Position numbers and translations under genes: made by a program. Below, in pieces: positions 51,866 to 63,861 of a stretch of 64,000 nucleotides of DNA. The notes under the pieces are model-generated. The model saw only the letters and a list, made by a program, of their open reading frames with translations. It did no database searches and was not told the origin of the DNA. Every line of letters begins with the position of its first letter. Position 1 is the stretch's first letter. Source of the DNA: Malacoraja senta (taxonomy: Eukaryota); assembly GCA_038087875.1 (NCBI GenBank), contig CM075995.1, positions 8,682,001-8,746,000 of the forward strand. Direction: 5' to 3'.

Positions 51866-53380
51866 ACATTTCTTGGTGCTATATGTTTTTAAATACCGTA
51901 TTTCCCGGAGTTGGGTGGGGGGGGGGTGATTCCTTTCACAGCGTTTGGGGAGTCTGGCCCGGGGTAAAGTTGCGGGGAGGGCAGGAGCGTTGTGAAGGAG
52001 GGGACCGGGATCATGCAAGAAACCCACTTGCGACGCTCCTTGCACGGAGCCACCGCATTGAGGCTGGGGGGGTGGGGGGGGGGGTGGGGGAGTAGCTCGG
52101 GTGGCTGTGAGCGGCCTAGTCGATGGCAAGCTACGGCAAGCTAGCTTCAACCGGCGACCCAATTGGACGTCCACACCTACGACAACCTACGTCCACCCGC
52201 GACAAGGTAAGACAAGTCAGTCACCGGTACCTGTCGCAGGTTGACGTAGGCAGTCGCCAAAGGAATTCACTGCAGTCAGCACCTGGCGACAATCTACGAC
52301 AGCACCTACGTCAGGAGAAGTCAAGCTACGCTCATTGGCGTCAAACCAACTGTCGCCGACTGTTGGCGAAAAGGTTTGAACATTTCAAAATCCAGCGGCG
52401 ACCAGAAAAACGCTACGATTCTCCGGGCGACTGAGGAGACGACTCACGGCCGTACAGGCGACGCCCCGGCGACAACCTAGTCGCCTGTAGTCGCCTAGAA
52501 AATTGCCTAAGTGGGACAGGGGCATAACTGATGCTAGAGATTCACCGTGCCGCCTCGTGCATGCGGGATCAATACCGCGTGAGTTTTCTCCGGGTGCTCC
52601 GGTTTCCACCCACACACCCAAGACGCGCAGGTTTGTAGGTTAATTGGCTTTGGTAAAAATTGTAGATAGTCCCTACAGTGCTAGTGTACAGGGCAGATCG
52701 CTGGTCAGCGCGAGCTCGATGGGCTGAAGGGCCAGTCTCGGCGCTGCTAAATGCCTTCCTCTGTGCTCTTCCATTTGATAGTCTGCGACTGCAGAACCAG
52801 GGGCCGCAGTTTAAGAATAAGGGGTAAGCCATTTAGAACGGAGACGAGGAAACACTTTTTCTCACAGAGAGTTGTGAGTCTGTGGAATTTTCTGCCTCAG
52901 AGGGCGGTGGAGGCAGGTTCTCTGGATGCTTTCAAGAGAGAGCTAGATAGGGCTCTTAAAAACAGCGGAGTCAGGGGATATGGGGAGAAGGCGAACGGGG
53001 TACTGATTGGGGATGATCAGCCATGATCACATTGAATGGCGGTGCTGGCTCGAAGGGCCAAATGGCCTCCTCCTGCAGCTATTGTCTATTGTGTATTGAC
53101 TGCGCTGCTACAAGAAAATGCCTTTTACTTAAGCTGAAGAGAATTGAAAGGCTTTATCTTATTCAGCAATACGCAGCCCTCAGCACAAGCCACCAACACT
53201 GACAGGCCTGAACACTGCTTGCAGTTCATCAATGACGTAACTCCATTGTGAACGACTTTCCTCATCAGCTTATTCCTCCAACTTTACCACGTAGGACCAC
53301 GAGCCGATGCCAGCATGCCCAGAGAGAGACACTAGAAACTGCAGATGCTGCAAACTGGAGCAAAAAAAAACCCGATAAAA

Positions 53381-53641
53381 TGCTGGAGTAACTCAGTGGG
53401 TCAGGCAGCATCTGTGGAGAACATGGATAGGTGACGTTTCACAGAGTGCTGGAGTAACTCAGCGGGTCAGGCAGCATCTGTGGAGAACATGGATAGGTGA
53501 CGTTTCACAGAGTGCTGGAGTAACTCAGCGGGTCAGGCAGCATCTGTGGAGAACATGGATAGGTGACGTTTCACACAGAGTGCTGGAGTAACTCAGCGGG
53601 TCAGGCAGCATCTCTGGTGAACATGGATAGGTGACGTTTCG
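53381..53641 (-). repeat. 66-bp tandem array, reverse orientation
   Basis: tcaggcagca recurs at 53401 and 53467. A similar reverse array lies at 62260-62500 and a short forward one at 58438-58568. Confidence 0.92.
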
Positions 53642-54297
53642 GGTTGGGACCCGACGATTCAGCCCTGAAAGAGTAGACAATTGACAATAGGTGCAGGAGT
53701 AGGCCATTGGGCCCCTCGAGCCATTCAATGTGATCACGGCTGATCATCCCCAATCAGTACCCCGTTCCTGCCTTCTCCCCATATCCCCTGACTCCGCTAT
53801 CTTCAAGAGCTCGATCTAACTCTCTCTTGAAAGTATCCAGAGAATCGGCCTCCACCGCCCTCTGAGGCAGAGAATTCCACAGATTTCTGTCTAGCTATTT
53901 TTTTTTAGATTTGTGTTTTTTAGGTTTCTTGCTGTCATATGTAGGTTTATTGCTTTCATTTGGAGATACACACTCCAAAGACGTGCAGGTTCGTAGGTTA
54001 ATTGTCTCTGTATAAAATGTAAGCTTTGTCCCTGGTGTAGTAGGATGGTGTTAGCGTGCGGGGATCGCTGGGCGGCACGGACTCGCTGGGCCGAAGGGCC
54101 CGTTTTCATCGCTGAATCTCTAAACTGAACTAAACGAATCTCTTTTCTTTATTATAAAGTGTAGATTGCAAGGATGGATAAGCCGTGACAATAATTGGAG
54201 ACGAGATGCTCTTTGTACTGATACTGGAAGCAAGATGTTAAAATGCAGGCAACCTCAAATATTTGGGGCATTTATGGTGATCAAAGGAACATGCGCC

Positions 54298-54311
54298 GTT
54301 CCCATGGTAAC
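54298..54311. promoter_or_regulatory. RFX X-box
   Basis: GTTCCCATGGTAAC matches GTTNCCATGGNAAC in a unique island. Confidence 0.55.
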
Positions 54312-55489
54312 ATTTCCTTCAATCAGATATTCCCGAAATTAGACATGCATTTTCAATCCAAGTAAACTGTTCTCTTGTGACCGAGCTGCATGTATTTGGG
54401 ACCATCTGATGACTTCTGTCTCAGTCTAAACGATTTCTTTCTGTTTTAGTGTAGAGATACAGCGCGGACAATAGACAATAGGTGCAGGAGGAGGCCATTC
54501 GGCCCTTCGAGCCAGCACCGCCATTCAATGTGATCATGGCTGATCATCCCCAATCAGTACCCCGTTCCTGCCTTCTCCCCATATCCCCCTGACTCTTCAA
54601 GCTATCTTCAAGAGCCCCCATTCAATGTGACCATCCCCAATCAGTACCCCGTTCCTGCCTTTTCCCCATATCCCCCTGACTTTTCAAGCTATCTTCAAGA
54701 GCCCCCATTCAATGTGACCATCCCCAATCAGTACCCCGTTCCTGCCTTCTCCCCATATCCCCCTGACTCCACTATCTTTAAGAGCCCCATCTTACTCTCT
54801 CTTGAAAGTATCCAGAGAACCTGCCTCCACCGCCCTCTGAGGCAGAGAATTCCACAGACTCACAACCCTCTGTGAGAAAAAGTGTTTCCTCGTCTCTGTT
54901 CTAAATGGCTTACCCCTTATTCTTAAACTGTGGCCCTTCGGCCCACCGAGTCCGCCCGGACCAGCAATCCTCGCACATTAACACTATCCCCCACACACAC
55001 ACACACATACACACACAACGGACAATTTACATTTATTCCAAGCCAATTAACCTACAAACCCGCACGTCTTTGGAATGTGGGAGGACACACGAAGATCTCG
55101 GAGAAAACCCGCGCGGGTCACGGGGAGAGGTTCCGTACAGACGGCAACCCGTAGTCAGGTTTGAACCCGGGTCTCTGGCGCTGCGAGGCAGCAGCTCTAC
55201 CCGCTGCGCCACAGTGACGGAGTTGTGCACATCTCGGACTGTCAGATGACTTCTGCATCAGCCTCAATTATTTCCTCCTGATTATTTGCACAAGATCCGT
55301 TAACACAGCACACCACTGATCTTGTCAAATCTACGCTCCGGTATCACAGTGTCCAATTAGGGCGGCACGGTGGCCTAGCGTTGGAGTTGCTGCCTCACAG
55401 CGCCGGAGACCCGGGGTCCATCCCGACCACGGAGTTTGTGCCTTCTCCCCGTGACCTGCGTGGGTTTCCTCCGGGTGCACCGGTCTCAA

Positions 55490-55840
55490 TCAATCAATCC
55501 AATCACAATCAGTTATATCGTCACATTCCACATAAAGTCCAAGTGAAATGAATTTGCCAGCAGCGGTACAATGAAAAAAGAACACACAAAAACACAATAA
55601 AAATTGAACACAAACATCCACAACAGCATTCATCACTGTGGTGGAAGGCACAACATTTGGCCAGTCCTCCTCCATTTTCCCCCCGTGGTCTGGACCTCAA
55701 CCCTCCGCAGCCGTCGCTGCGGGCCTCCAGATGTGTAGACAAGGTAAAAAGTCCAGGTAAGTCCTGAATCGGTGCCTCCCCACCGGAGACCGCGGCTTCA
55801 GGCTGGTGTAGGCCGCAGGCCGGCGGTCGAAGATTTAAAG
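55490..55840 (-). mobile_element. Non-autonomous retroelement with Rex1-like tail, inserted in a SINE
   Basis: Splits a SINE (55360-55485 / 55843-55960). The ccttccaccacagtga..gtggatgttt segment is shared with 9570-9745; (GATT)n tail. Confidence 0.55.
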
Positions 55841-57584
55841 GTCCTCCCACATCCCAAAGACGTGCCGGTTTGTAGGTTAATTGGCTTCTGTAAATTGTGG
55901 ATAGTGTGTAGGAGAGTGTTAGGGTGCGGGGGTGATCACTGGTCGGTGCGGACTCAGTGCAGTGTCCACACTTTATCACTAAAGTCCCAAGTAAAGTCAG
56001 TACATTCAGAGAGTCATACAGGATGGAAACAGGCCCTTCGGCCCTACTCATCCATGCCAACCAAGGTATCTCATCTGCTAGTCCCATTTACCCGCATCTG
56101 AACCATATCCCACCCAGTCTACTCCACCATTCAATCATGGCTGCTCTATCTCTCCCTCTCAACCCCATTCTCCTGCCTTCTCCCCATACCCGTACTAATC
56201 AAGAATCTGTCTATCTCCAGTTTAAAAATACCCATTGACTTGGCCTCCACAGCCGTCTGTGGCAATGAATTCCACAGATTCACCGCCCTCTGACTGAAGA
56301 AATTCCTCCTCGTCTCCATTCTAAAAGGAGATTTCACTGGACCGACCAAGGTACATGTGTCCACGGGGAAAATAGCCTGAAGCCTGCTCTTAGAACTTAG
56401 TTTAGTTTACTTCAGAGATACAGCACGGAAACAGGCCCTTCGGCCCACCGGGTCCGCGCCGACCAGCGATCCCCGCACACTAACACTAACCCTACACACA
56501 CTGGGTACAATTTACACTTATACCGAGCCAATTAACTACAAACCTGTACGTCTTTGGAGTGTGGGAGGAAACCGGAGCGCCCGGAGAAAACCCACGCAGG
56601 TCACGGGGAGAACGCGCATACTCCGTACAGACAGCGCCCGTAGCCAGGACGAAACCCGGGACTCTGACGCGGCCAGGCAGCAACTCTACCGCTGCGCCTC
56701 CGTGAACAACTAAAGTAGACATCTAAAACCAAACACAGACTCCCAAATTGGCAGACAGGCATGTCAAGAGAAATCCCGCCAGATAGGCAAACGGAAAAAA
56801 ATATGCAGTGTGTGCACAAAGAGGATTAGTCTATTTTTGTATGGACGTATTATTTCATTTATATATTTGGAACGGAATTTGTATTTTGCAATGGTCTTAT
56901 TTCAGTCCAGCGGGGAGAACAGACAATGGTGTGGTCAGTGATGGAAGCTGAATATGGTTCGATTATTCTAGTTCAGTTTATTTAACAATACAGCGCAGAA
57001 ACAGGCCCTTCGGCCCACCGTGTCCGCACCGACCAGCGATCCCCGCACACTAACGCAATCCCACACACATTAGGGACAATTTACCAATTAGCCAATTAGC
57101 CTACAAACAATAGACAATAGACAACAGGTGCAGCAGTAGGCCATTCGGCCCTTCGAGCCAGCACCGCCATTCAATTTGATCATGGCTGATCATCCCCAAT
57201 CAGTACCCCGTTCCTGCCTTCTCCCCATATCCCCTGACTCCGCTATTTTTAAGAGCCCTATCTAGCTCTCTCTTGAAAGCATCCAGAGAACCTGCCTCCA
57301 CCGCCCTCTGAGGCAGAGAATTCCACAGACTCACCACTCTCTGTGAGAAAATCTGCACGTGTTTGGAGTGCGGGACGAAACCGAAGATCTCGGAGAAAAC
57401 CCACGAAGGTCATGGGGAGAGCGTGCGAACTCCGTACAGACAGCACCCACAGTCGGGATCGAACCCGGGTCTCCGGCGCCGTGAGGCAGCAACTCTAGCG
57501 CTGCGCCGCGCGTGTGATTGTTGGGAGATTTGGAGAATATTCTGCCTTTAGATGCGGTGATGGGGAAGCGAGGGGTAAGATATT

Positions 57585-58150
57585 CAGTTGAGTTTATTGT
57601 CACGTGTACCGAGGTACAGTGAAAAGCTTTTGTTGCGTGCTAACCAGTCAGCGGAAAGACAATACATGATTACAATCGAGCCGTCCACAGTGTACAGATA
57701 CAGGATAAGGGAATAACGTTTAGTGCAAGGTAAAGCCAGCAAAGTCCGATCAAGGATAGTCCGAGGGTCTCCAATGAGGTAGATAGTAGTTCAGGACCGC
57801 TCTCTGGTTGTGGTGGGACGGTTCAGTTGCCTGATAACAGCCGGGAAGAAACTGTCCCTGAATCTGGAGGTGTGTGCGTTCGTTTTCACACTTCTGTACC
57901 TCTTGCCTGATGGGAGAGGGGAGAAGAGGGAGTGGCCGGGGTGAGACTGGTCCTTGATGATGCTGCTGGCCTTGCCGAGGCAGCGTGAGGTGTAGACGGA
58001 GTCAATGGAAGGGAGGTTGGTTTGTGTGACGGTCTGGGCTGCGTCCACAATTCGCCGCAATCTCTTGAGGTCTTGGATGGAGCCGTTCCCAAACCGTGCC
58101 GTGATGCATCCGGATAAAATGCTTTCTACGGCGCATCTGTAGAAGTTGGT
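57585..58150 (-). mobile_element. Rex1/Babar LINE 3' fragment
   Basis: TLTNFYRCAVESILSGCITARFGN..IIKDQSHPGHSLFSPLPSGKRY..FFPAVIRQLN. Confidence 0.88.
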
Positions 58151-60147
58151 GAGAGTTGTACTGTTGGAAGATATGGTGAATATTCTCCCTTTAGATGTAG
58201 TGATGGGGAAGCGAGCGGTGTAGATGACAGAGGCAAGAGGTGACACAAGGAACTGCAGATGCTGGTATCTTGAGCACAAGACAAAGTGCTGGAGTAACTC
58301 AGCGGGTCAGGCAGCATCTGTGGAGAACATGGATAGGTGACGTTTCGGATCGGGATCCTTCTTCACGTTGTATTCCGACCCCCACCTCTCTTCCAGCTTC
58401 CTATCTCCCCTACCACAATCAGTCTCAAGACCTGACCTGAAACGTCACCTATCCATGTTCTCCACAGATGCTGCCTGACCCGCTGAGTTACTCCAGCACT
58501 CTGTGAAACGTCACCTATCCATGTTCTCCACAGATGCTGCCTGACCCGCTGAGTAACTCCAGCACTTTGTGTCTTCCTAAGTCCTTTAGAGTTGGCTGTA
58601 TTCCCCAAAATACCAATCCCATTTCAACAATTACTTTGGGGTTTGAAGACTATTCTGAAGCAGTAGCACATATAAAAACATAACAGCACACGATAGAATT
58701 TCCAGCCTCTCAACTATAAACCTAAATGTTAATGGGGTAGCTTTGAAGTACAAGCATTAAAGTTTAATAGGATCCACTTGGAATGATTCTGCTTTCCCCA
58801 CTGCGCAAGGCTTTCATTAAACTACAACGTTAGACATTCTCTTCCACGAAACAAGTCGAAACACAGAGGAAGAGAGAAGGCAAAATGCCCATCGGGCAAG
58901 AGGTACAGAAGTGTGAAAACAAACGCACACCACCAGATTCAGGGACAGTTTCTTCCCAGCTGTTATCAGGCAACTGAACCGTCCTCTCACCAACTAGAGA
59001 GCGGTCCTGACCTCCCATCTACCTCATCGCGGACTATCGGACTGTCTCTGGACTGGCTTTACCTTGCACTGAGGCTCACTGACGCTTTTCACTGGTGGCA
59101 TGAAAGCCATCGACCCAGTAACTGATGCTGCCCTGGCCTGGATGTCCACACTTGATAGACAATAGACAATAGGTGCAGGAGTAGGCCATTCGGCCCTTCG
59201 AGCCAGCACCGCCATTCAATGTGATCATGGCTGATCATCCCCAATCAGTACCCCGTTCCTGCCTTCTCCCCATATCCCCTGACTCCGCTATCTTTAAGAG
59301 CCCTATCTAGCTCTCTCTTGAAAGCATCCAGAGAACCGGCCTCCACCGCCCTCTGAGGCAGAGAATTCCACAGACTGACAACTCTCTGTGAGACAAAGTG
59401 TTTCCTCGTCTCCGTTCTAAACGGCTTACCCCTTATTCTTAAACCGTGATGTACAACTTTAGGCTGTACACGCCATAGGCAAGAAGAAGTCACCTTGCGC
59501 TAAATGTTTGAAGGCCCTGTCCCACTGTACGAGGTAATTCAAGAGTTATCCCGAGTTTTCCATTGATTCGAACTCGGGAGAATGTACGTAGAGGCTACGT
59601 AGGAGCTCGTAGTGGCTCGTAATGCTAACGGCAGGTACTCGGGGAAACGCGGTAACGGTGAAAAATGTCCAAGAATAAAAAAAATACTCGTGATGAACTT
59701 ACCACAAGTTTGATTTTTTTTTTTAAATACTCGGGAGAGCTTCTGGGTTAACTCGCATAGTGGGACAGGGGCTTAAGAAAGAACTGCAGATGCTGGAACA
59801 ATCGACAGAAGACAAAAATGCTGGAGAAACTCAGCGGGTGAGGCAGCATCTATGGAGCGAAGGAATGGGTGACCTTTCGGGTCGAGACCCTGAAACGTCA
59901 CCCATTCCCTCGCTCCACAGATGCTGGAGTGCCTCGGCCACTCCCTCTTCTCCCCCTCTCCCATCGGGCAAGGGGCACAGAAGTGTGAAAACGCACACCT
60001 CCAGATTCAGGGAGAGTTTCTTCCCTGCTTCACCAATGTCTTGTACAACTGCAACATGACCTGTAGAATCTTAAAATGTCATAAAAAAAAGGAACTGCAG
60101 ATGCTGGTTGACACCAAAGATGGACACTTAATGCTGGAGTAACTCAG

Positions 60148-60657
60148 CTATCCATGATCTCCACAGATGCTGCCTGACCCGCTGAGTTACTCCAGCACTC
60201 TGTGAAACGTCACCTATCCATGTTCTCCACAGATGCTGCCTGACCCGCTGAGTTACTCCAGCACTCTGTGAAACGTCACCTATCCATGTTCTCCACAGAT
60301 GCTGCCTGACCCGCTGAGTTACTCCAGCACTCTGTGAAACGTCACCTATCCATGTTCCGGCAGCATCTATGGAGCGAAGGAAATAGGCAACGTTTCGGCC
60401 CGAAACCCTTCCGGGTTTCGGCCCGAAACGTTGCCTATTTCCTTCAGGGTTTCGGCCCGAAAGTTTGCCCATTTCCTTCGCTCCACAGATGCTGCCTGAC
60501 CCGCTGAGTTACTCTAGCACTCTGTGAAACGTCACCTATCCATGTTCTCCACAGATGCTGCCTGACCCGCTGAGTTACTCCAGCACTCTGTGAAACGTCA
60601 CCTATCCATGTTCTCCACAGATGCTGCCTGACCCGCCGAGTTACTCCAGCACTCTGT
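60148..60657 (+). repeat. 66-bp tandem array with palindromic cassette
   Basis: Cassette at 60359-60496. Confidence 0.92.
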
Positions 60658-60838
60658 ACCTATCTGCTGTTCCTCCATCACAAGTTGAGGCGATGCCAAA
60701 ATAAAGCCCCAGAACAGAGAGGATGCCGCAGATGAGCTGAGGATTTGGGGAAGGGCCAGACTGTTATCAATGAACAGTGAGGAGGCACGTGTCCGGGGAC
60801 TTGGAAAAATATAATCGGCTCCAAGAAAGAAACACAAC

Positions 60839-60954
60839 CTTCCTCAGTCGAAGCGGGGTTGATGTTCGAAAGAAAGTTGGACAGGCCAAATCTCTTGATC
60901 AGGAGCTTCCCATACATATCCTGCCAGGTTTCAACAGTCTGAGCTTTAATCACT
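60839..60954 (-). CDS. Internal coding exon of an unidentified gene
   Basis: tttatatacgcag|A GTG ATT...GAG GAA G|gttgtg; 116 nt in unique sequence; encodes VIKAQTVETWQDMYGKLLIKRFGLSNFLSNINPASTEE; ends in phase 1. Confidence 0.6.
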
Positions 60955-62879
60955 CTGCGTATATAAACAGTGTCCCCCGAGCGGAAGCAGCCTCTTCATT
61001 CAGAAGTCACGTAAGGTGGACCGGGCCGATGAATCAGTAAGTCGTGATACAGCTTTTACAGGTCCACGTGGAAACAAGCGACAGGTTTAGAGGGACATGG
61101 GCCAAGCGCGCGTGGGCAGGTGGGACAGGTGTAGATGGTCAATGAGGACCAAGTTGGGCCAAAGAGGCTATTTCCACGCTGTATGGCTCTACAAGCCTAA
61201 GGAGGGGGCACGGTGGCGCAGCGGTAGAGTTGCTGCCTCGCAGCGCCAGTGGCCCGGGTGCCATCCCGACTACAGGTGCTGTCTGTACGGAGCTTGTACA
61301 CTCTGGAGTTTAGAAGGATGAGAGGGCATCTCATTGAAACAAATAAGATTGTTTAGGGGTTTGGACACGTTAGAGGCAGGAAACATGTTCCCGATGTTGG
61401 GGGAGTCCAGAACCAGGGGCCACACACAGTTTAAGAATAAGGAGCAAGCCATTTAGAACGGAGACGAGGAAACCGGTGGGCCCGAGGGGTGTTTCCGCTC
61501 TGTATCTCTAAATTGAACAAAACTGACAAGATGTTATTTTACACGCCGGATACAATGTAGATAATGGCAAAGACAATGATAAAATAATTGGGAAGGTCAG
61601 CCTGAAGCCGACCAGGGGACCTGTGAGGCAGGAAACATCCTTGGAGGCAGGAGGGGGATGTGTATTGTATCGGTTGCAGAGTCACAGTCGTACAGCGTGG
61701 AAACAAATTATACTTAAAGCAAGCCTATCAACCTAGAGTTAGGGTTACGGTTAGGGTCAGGGTTTCCTCCCGCACTCCAAAGTCGCACAGGTTTGTATAA
61801 ATTGTCCGTAGTGTGTGTGGGATAGTGTGGGGGCATCGCTGGTCGCAGGATGGGTCCGCAAATGGGGGGGGGGCGTTGGGGAAAGTGGAGAATGGGAGAA
61901 GGGAGGGAGAGGGGGAGAAGGGGATGTGAGGAGGGGGGGGTGGGTAGTGACGCGCAAATGGAGCGCTGACGGCGCACGGTAACGGACATTGACGCACGGT
62001 GACGCATAATAAATCCGTATAAGCAACGTTCGTGCGTCACCACGCGCTACACGTACGCCGTCAGTACGACAGTGTGCGCAAGGGATACGTCACGCAGGTG
62101 GCACGCCAGGATTTTCAGCTGCAAAATCCTGGGGCGCCGTGCGTTACCGCGCGTCACCACATATGCCACCACGCCTCACCATGTGTCACGGCGCGCCAAC
62201 CAATTTTTAAGATGTCGCGTAAATGACGCGCAAATGATGCCCAAGTGGGACAGGCCCTTAACTCAGCGGGTGGGTCAGGCAGCATCTGTGGAGAACATGG
62301 ATAGGTGACGTTTCACAGAGTGCTGGAGTAACTCAGCGGGTCAGGCAGCATCTGTGGAGAACATGGATAGGTGACGTTTCACAGAGTGCTGGAGTAACTC
62401 AGCGGGTCAGGCAGCATCTGTGGAGAACATGGATAGGTGACGTTTCACAGAGTGCTGGAGTAACTCAGCGGGTCGGGCAGCATCTGTGGAGAACATGGAT
62501 TAGGGTCGTGACCCTTCTTCAGACTCTAAGATGCTGCCTGACCCACTGCATTGCCACACACCCGGCTGTGAACGCCAAGTCAACGGATATTTTTAAGGCG
62601 GAGATTGATAGATTATTAATTAGTACGAGTGTCAGGGGTTATGGGGAGAAGGCAGGAGAATGCGGGTTAGGAGGGGGAGATAGATAGAAACATAGAAAAT
62701 AGGTGCAGGGGAGCCCATTTGGCCCTTCGAGCCAGCACCGTCATTCATTGTGATCATTGATCACCCACAATCAGCTCCAATTACTTATGAACTGATGGGA
62801 GAGGGGAGAAGAGGGAGTGCGACTTTGTCCTTGATTATGGTAATGGCCTTGCAGAGACAGCGTATAAAACTATCACGGC

Positions 62880-63150
62880 GTGGTTCGACAAGTTGAACGC
62901 CCAGGAGCGAAGATGACTGCAAAGAGTGGTGGACACTGCCCGGTCCATCACCAGCTCTGACTTCCCCACCGCCGAAGGGATCTACAGGAGTCGCTGCCTC
63001 AAAAAGGCAGCCAGCATCATCAGAGACCCACACCACCCTGGCCACACTCTCACTCACCCCTGCCATTGGGACGAAGGTACAGGAGCCTGAAAACTGTAAC
63101 GTTCAGGAATAGCTACTTCCCCACAGCCATCAGGCTATTAAACATGACAA
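62880..63150 (+). mobile_element. Rex1/Babar LINE fragment
   Basis: Same peptide family (LQRVVDTARSIT..IIRDPHHPGH..FRNSYFPTAIRLLN) with an in-frame stop. Confidence 0.8.
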
Positions 63151-63387
63151 CCTCCAAATAGGCTCCAAATTACACTTAGGCCCACATTTGTTTTGTCTTT
63201 GCATTACTATTGTCTACATACATATAATCGGAACTTCATTTTGTTTGTTATGGGTTTTACCGAGTACTATATTTACATAACGTGTTTTTACATATTTACA
63301 TATCAGGCAACTGAATCATCCTACCACAACCAGAGAGCAGTGCTGAACTACTATCTACCTCTCGGTGACCCTCAGACTATCCTTGTT

Positions 63388-63861
63388 TAAGAAGGAACTG
63401 CAGATGCTGGAAAATCGAAGGTAGACAAAAATGCTGGAGAAACTCAGCGGGTGCAGCAGCATCTATGGAGCGAAGGAAATAGGTGACGTTTCGGGTCGAG
63501 ATCCTTCTTCAGACTGATGTGGGGGTGGGGGGGTGGGGGGGCGGTCTGTCCTGAGCCTCCTCCATGGCCAGAGTGAGTCCCACCGTAAATTGGAGGAGCA
63601 GCACCTCATATTTCGCTTGGGTAGTTTACACCCCAGCGGTACGAACATTGTCCTCCAATTTCAGGTAGTCCCTGCTTTCTCCCTCCTTCCCCTCCCCTTC
63701 CCAGCTCTCCCACAGCCCACTGTCTCTGCCTCTTCCTTTCTTCTTCCCGCCCCCCCCCCCCCATCAGTCTGAAGAAGGGTCTCGACCCGAAACGTCGCCT
63801 ATTTCCTTCGCTCCATAGATGCTGCCTCGCCCGCTGAGTTTCTCCAGCATTTTTGTCTACC
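63388..63861 (+). mobile_element. 5'-truncated Penelope element with inverted 5' pLTR and direct 3' pLTR
   Basis: Inverted pLTR 63388-63545; GIY-YIG C-terminus SVLSLLHGQSESHRKLEEQHLIFRLGSLHPSG; pLTR with hammerhead-like motif at 63769-63796. Confidence 0.85.

Noticed and set aside
56906..56933. Plus-strand mini-exon (ttatttcag|TCCAGC..GTGTG|gtcagt) joining the 51859 donor
   Set aside because: Frame-compatible (MSPAGRTDNGV) but too short and unsupported to distinguish from chance.
60777..61040. Plus-strand ORF or exon RRHVSGDLEKY.. with a CAC|gtaagg donor
   Set aside because: It is the in-register antisense frame of the minus-strand exon and lacks a pyrimidine tract. The minus reading fits two downstream exons. 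Not formally excluded.
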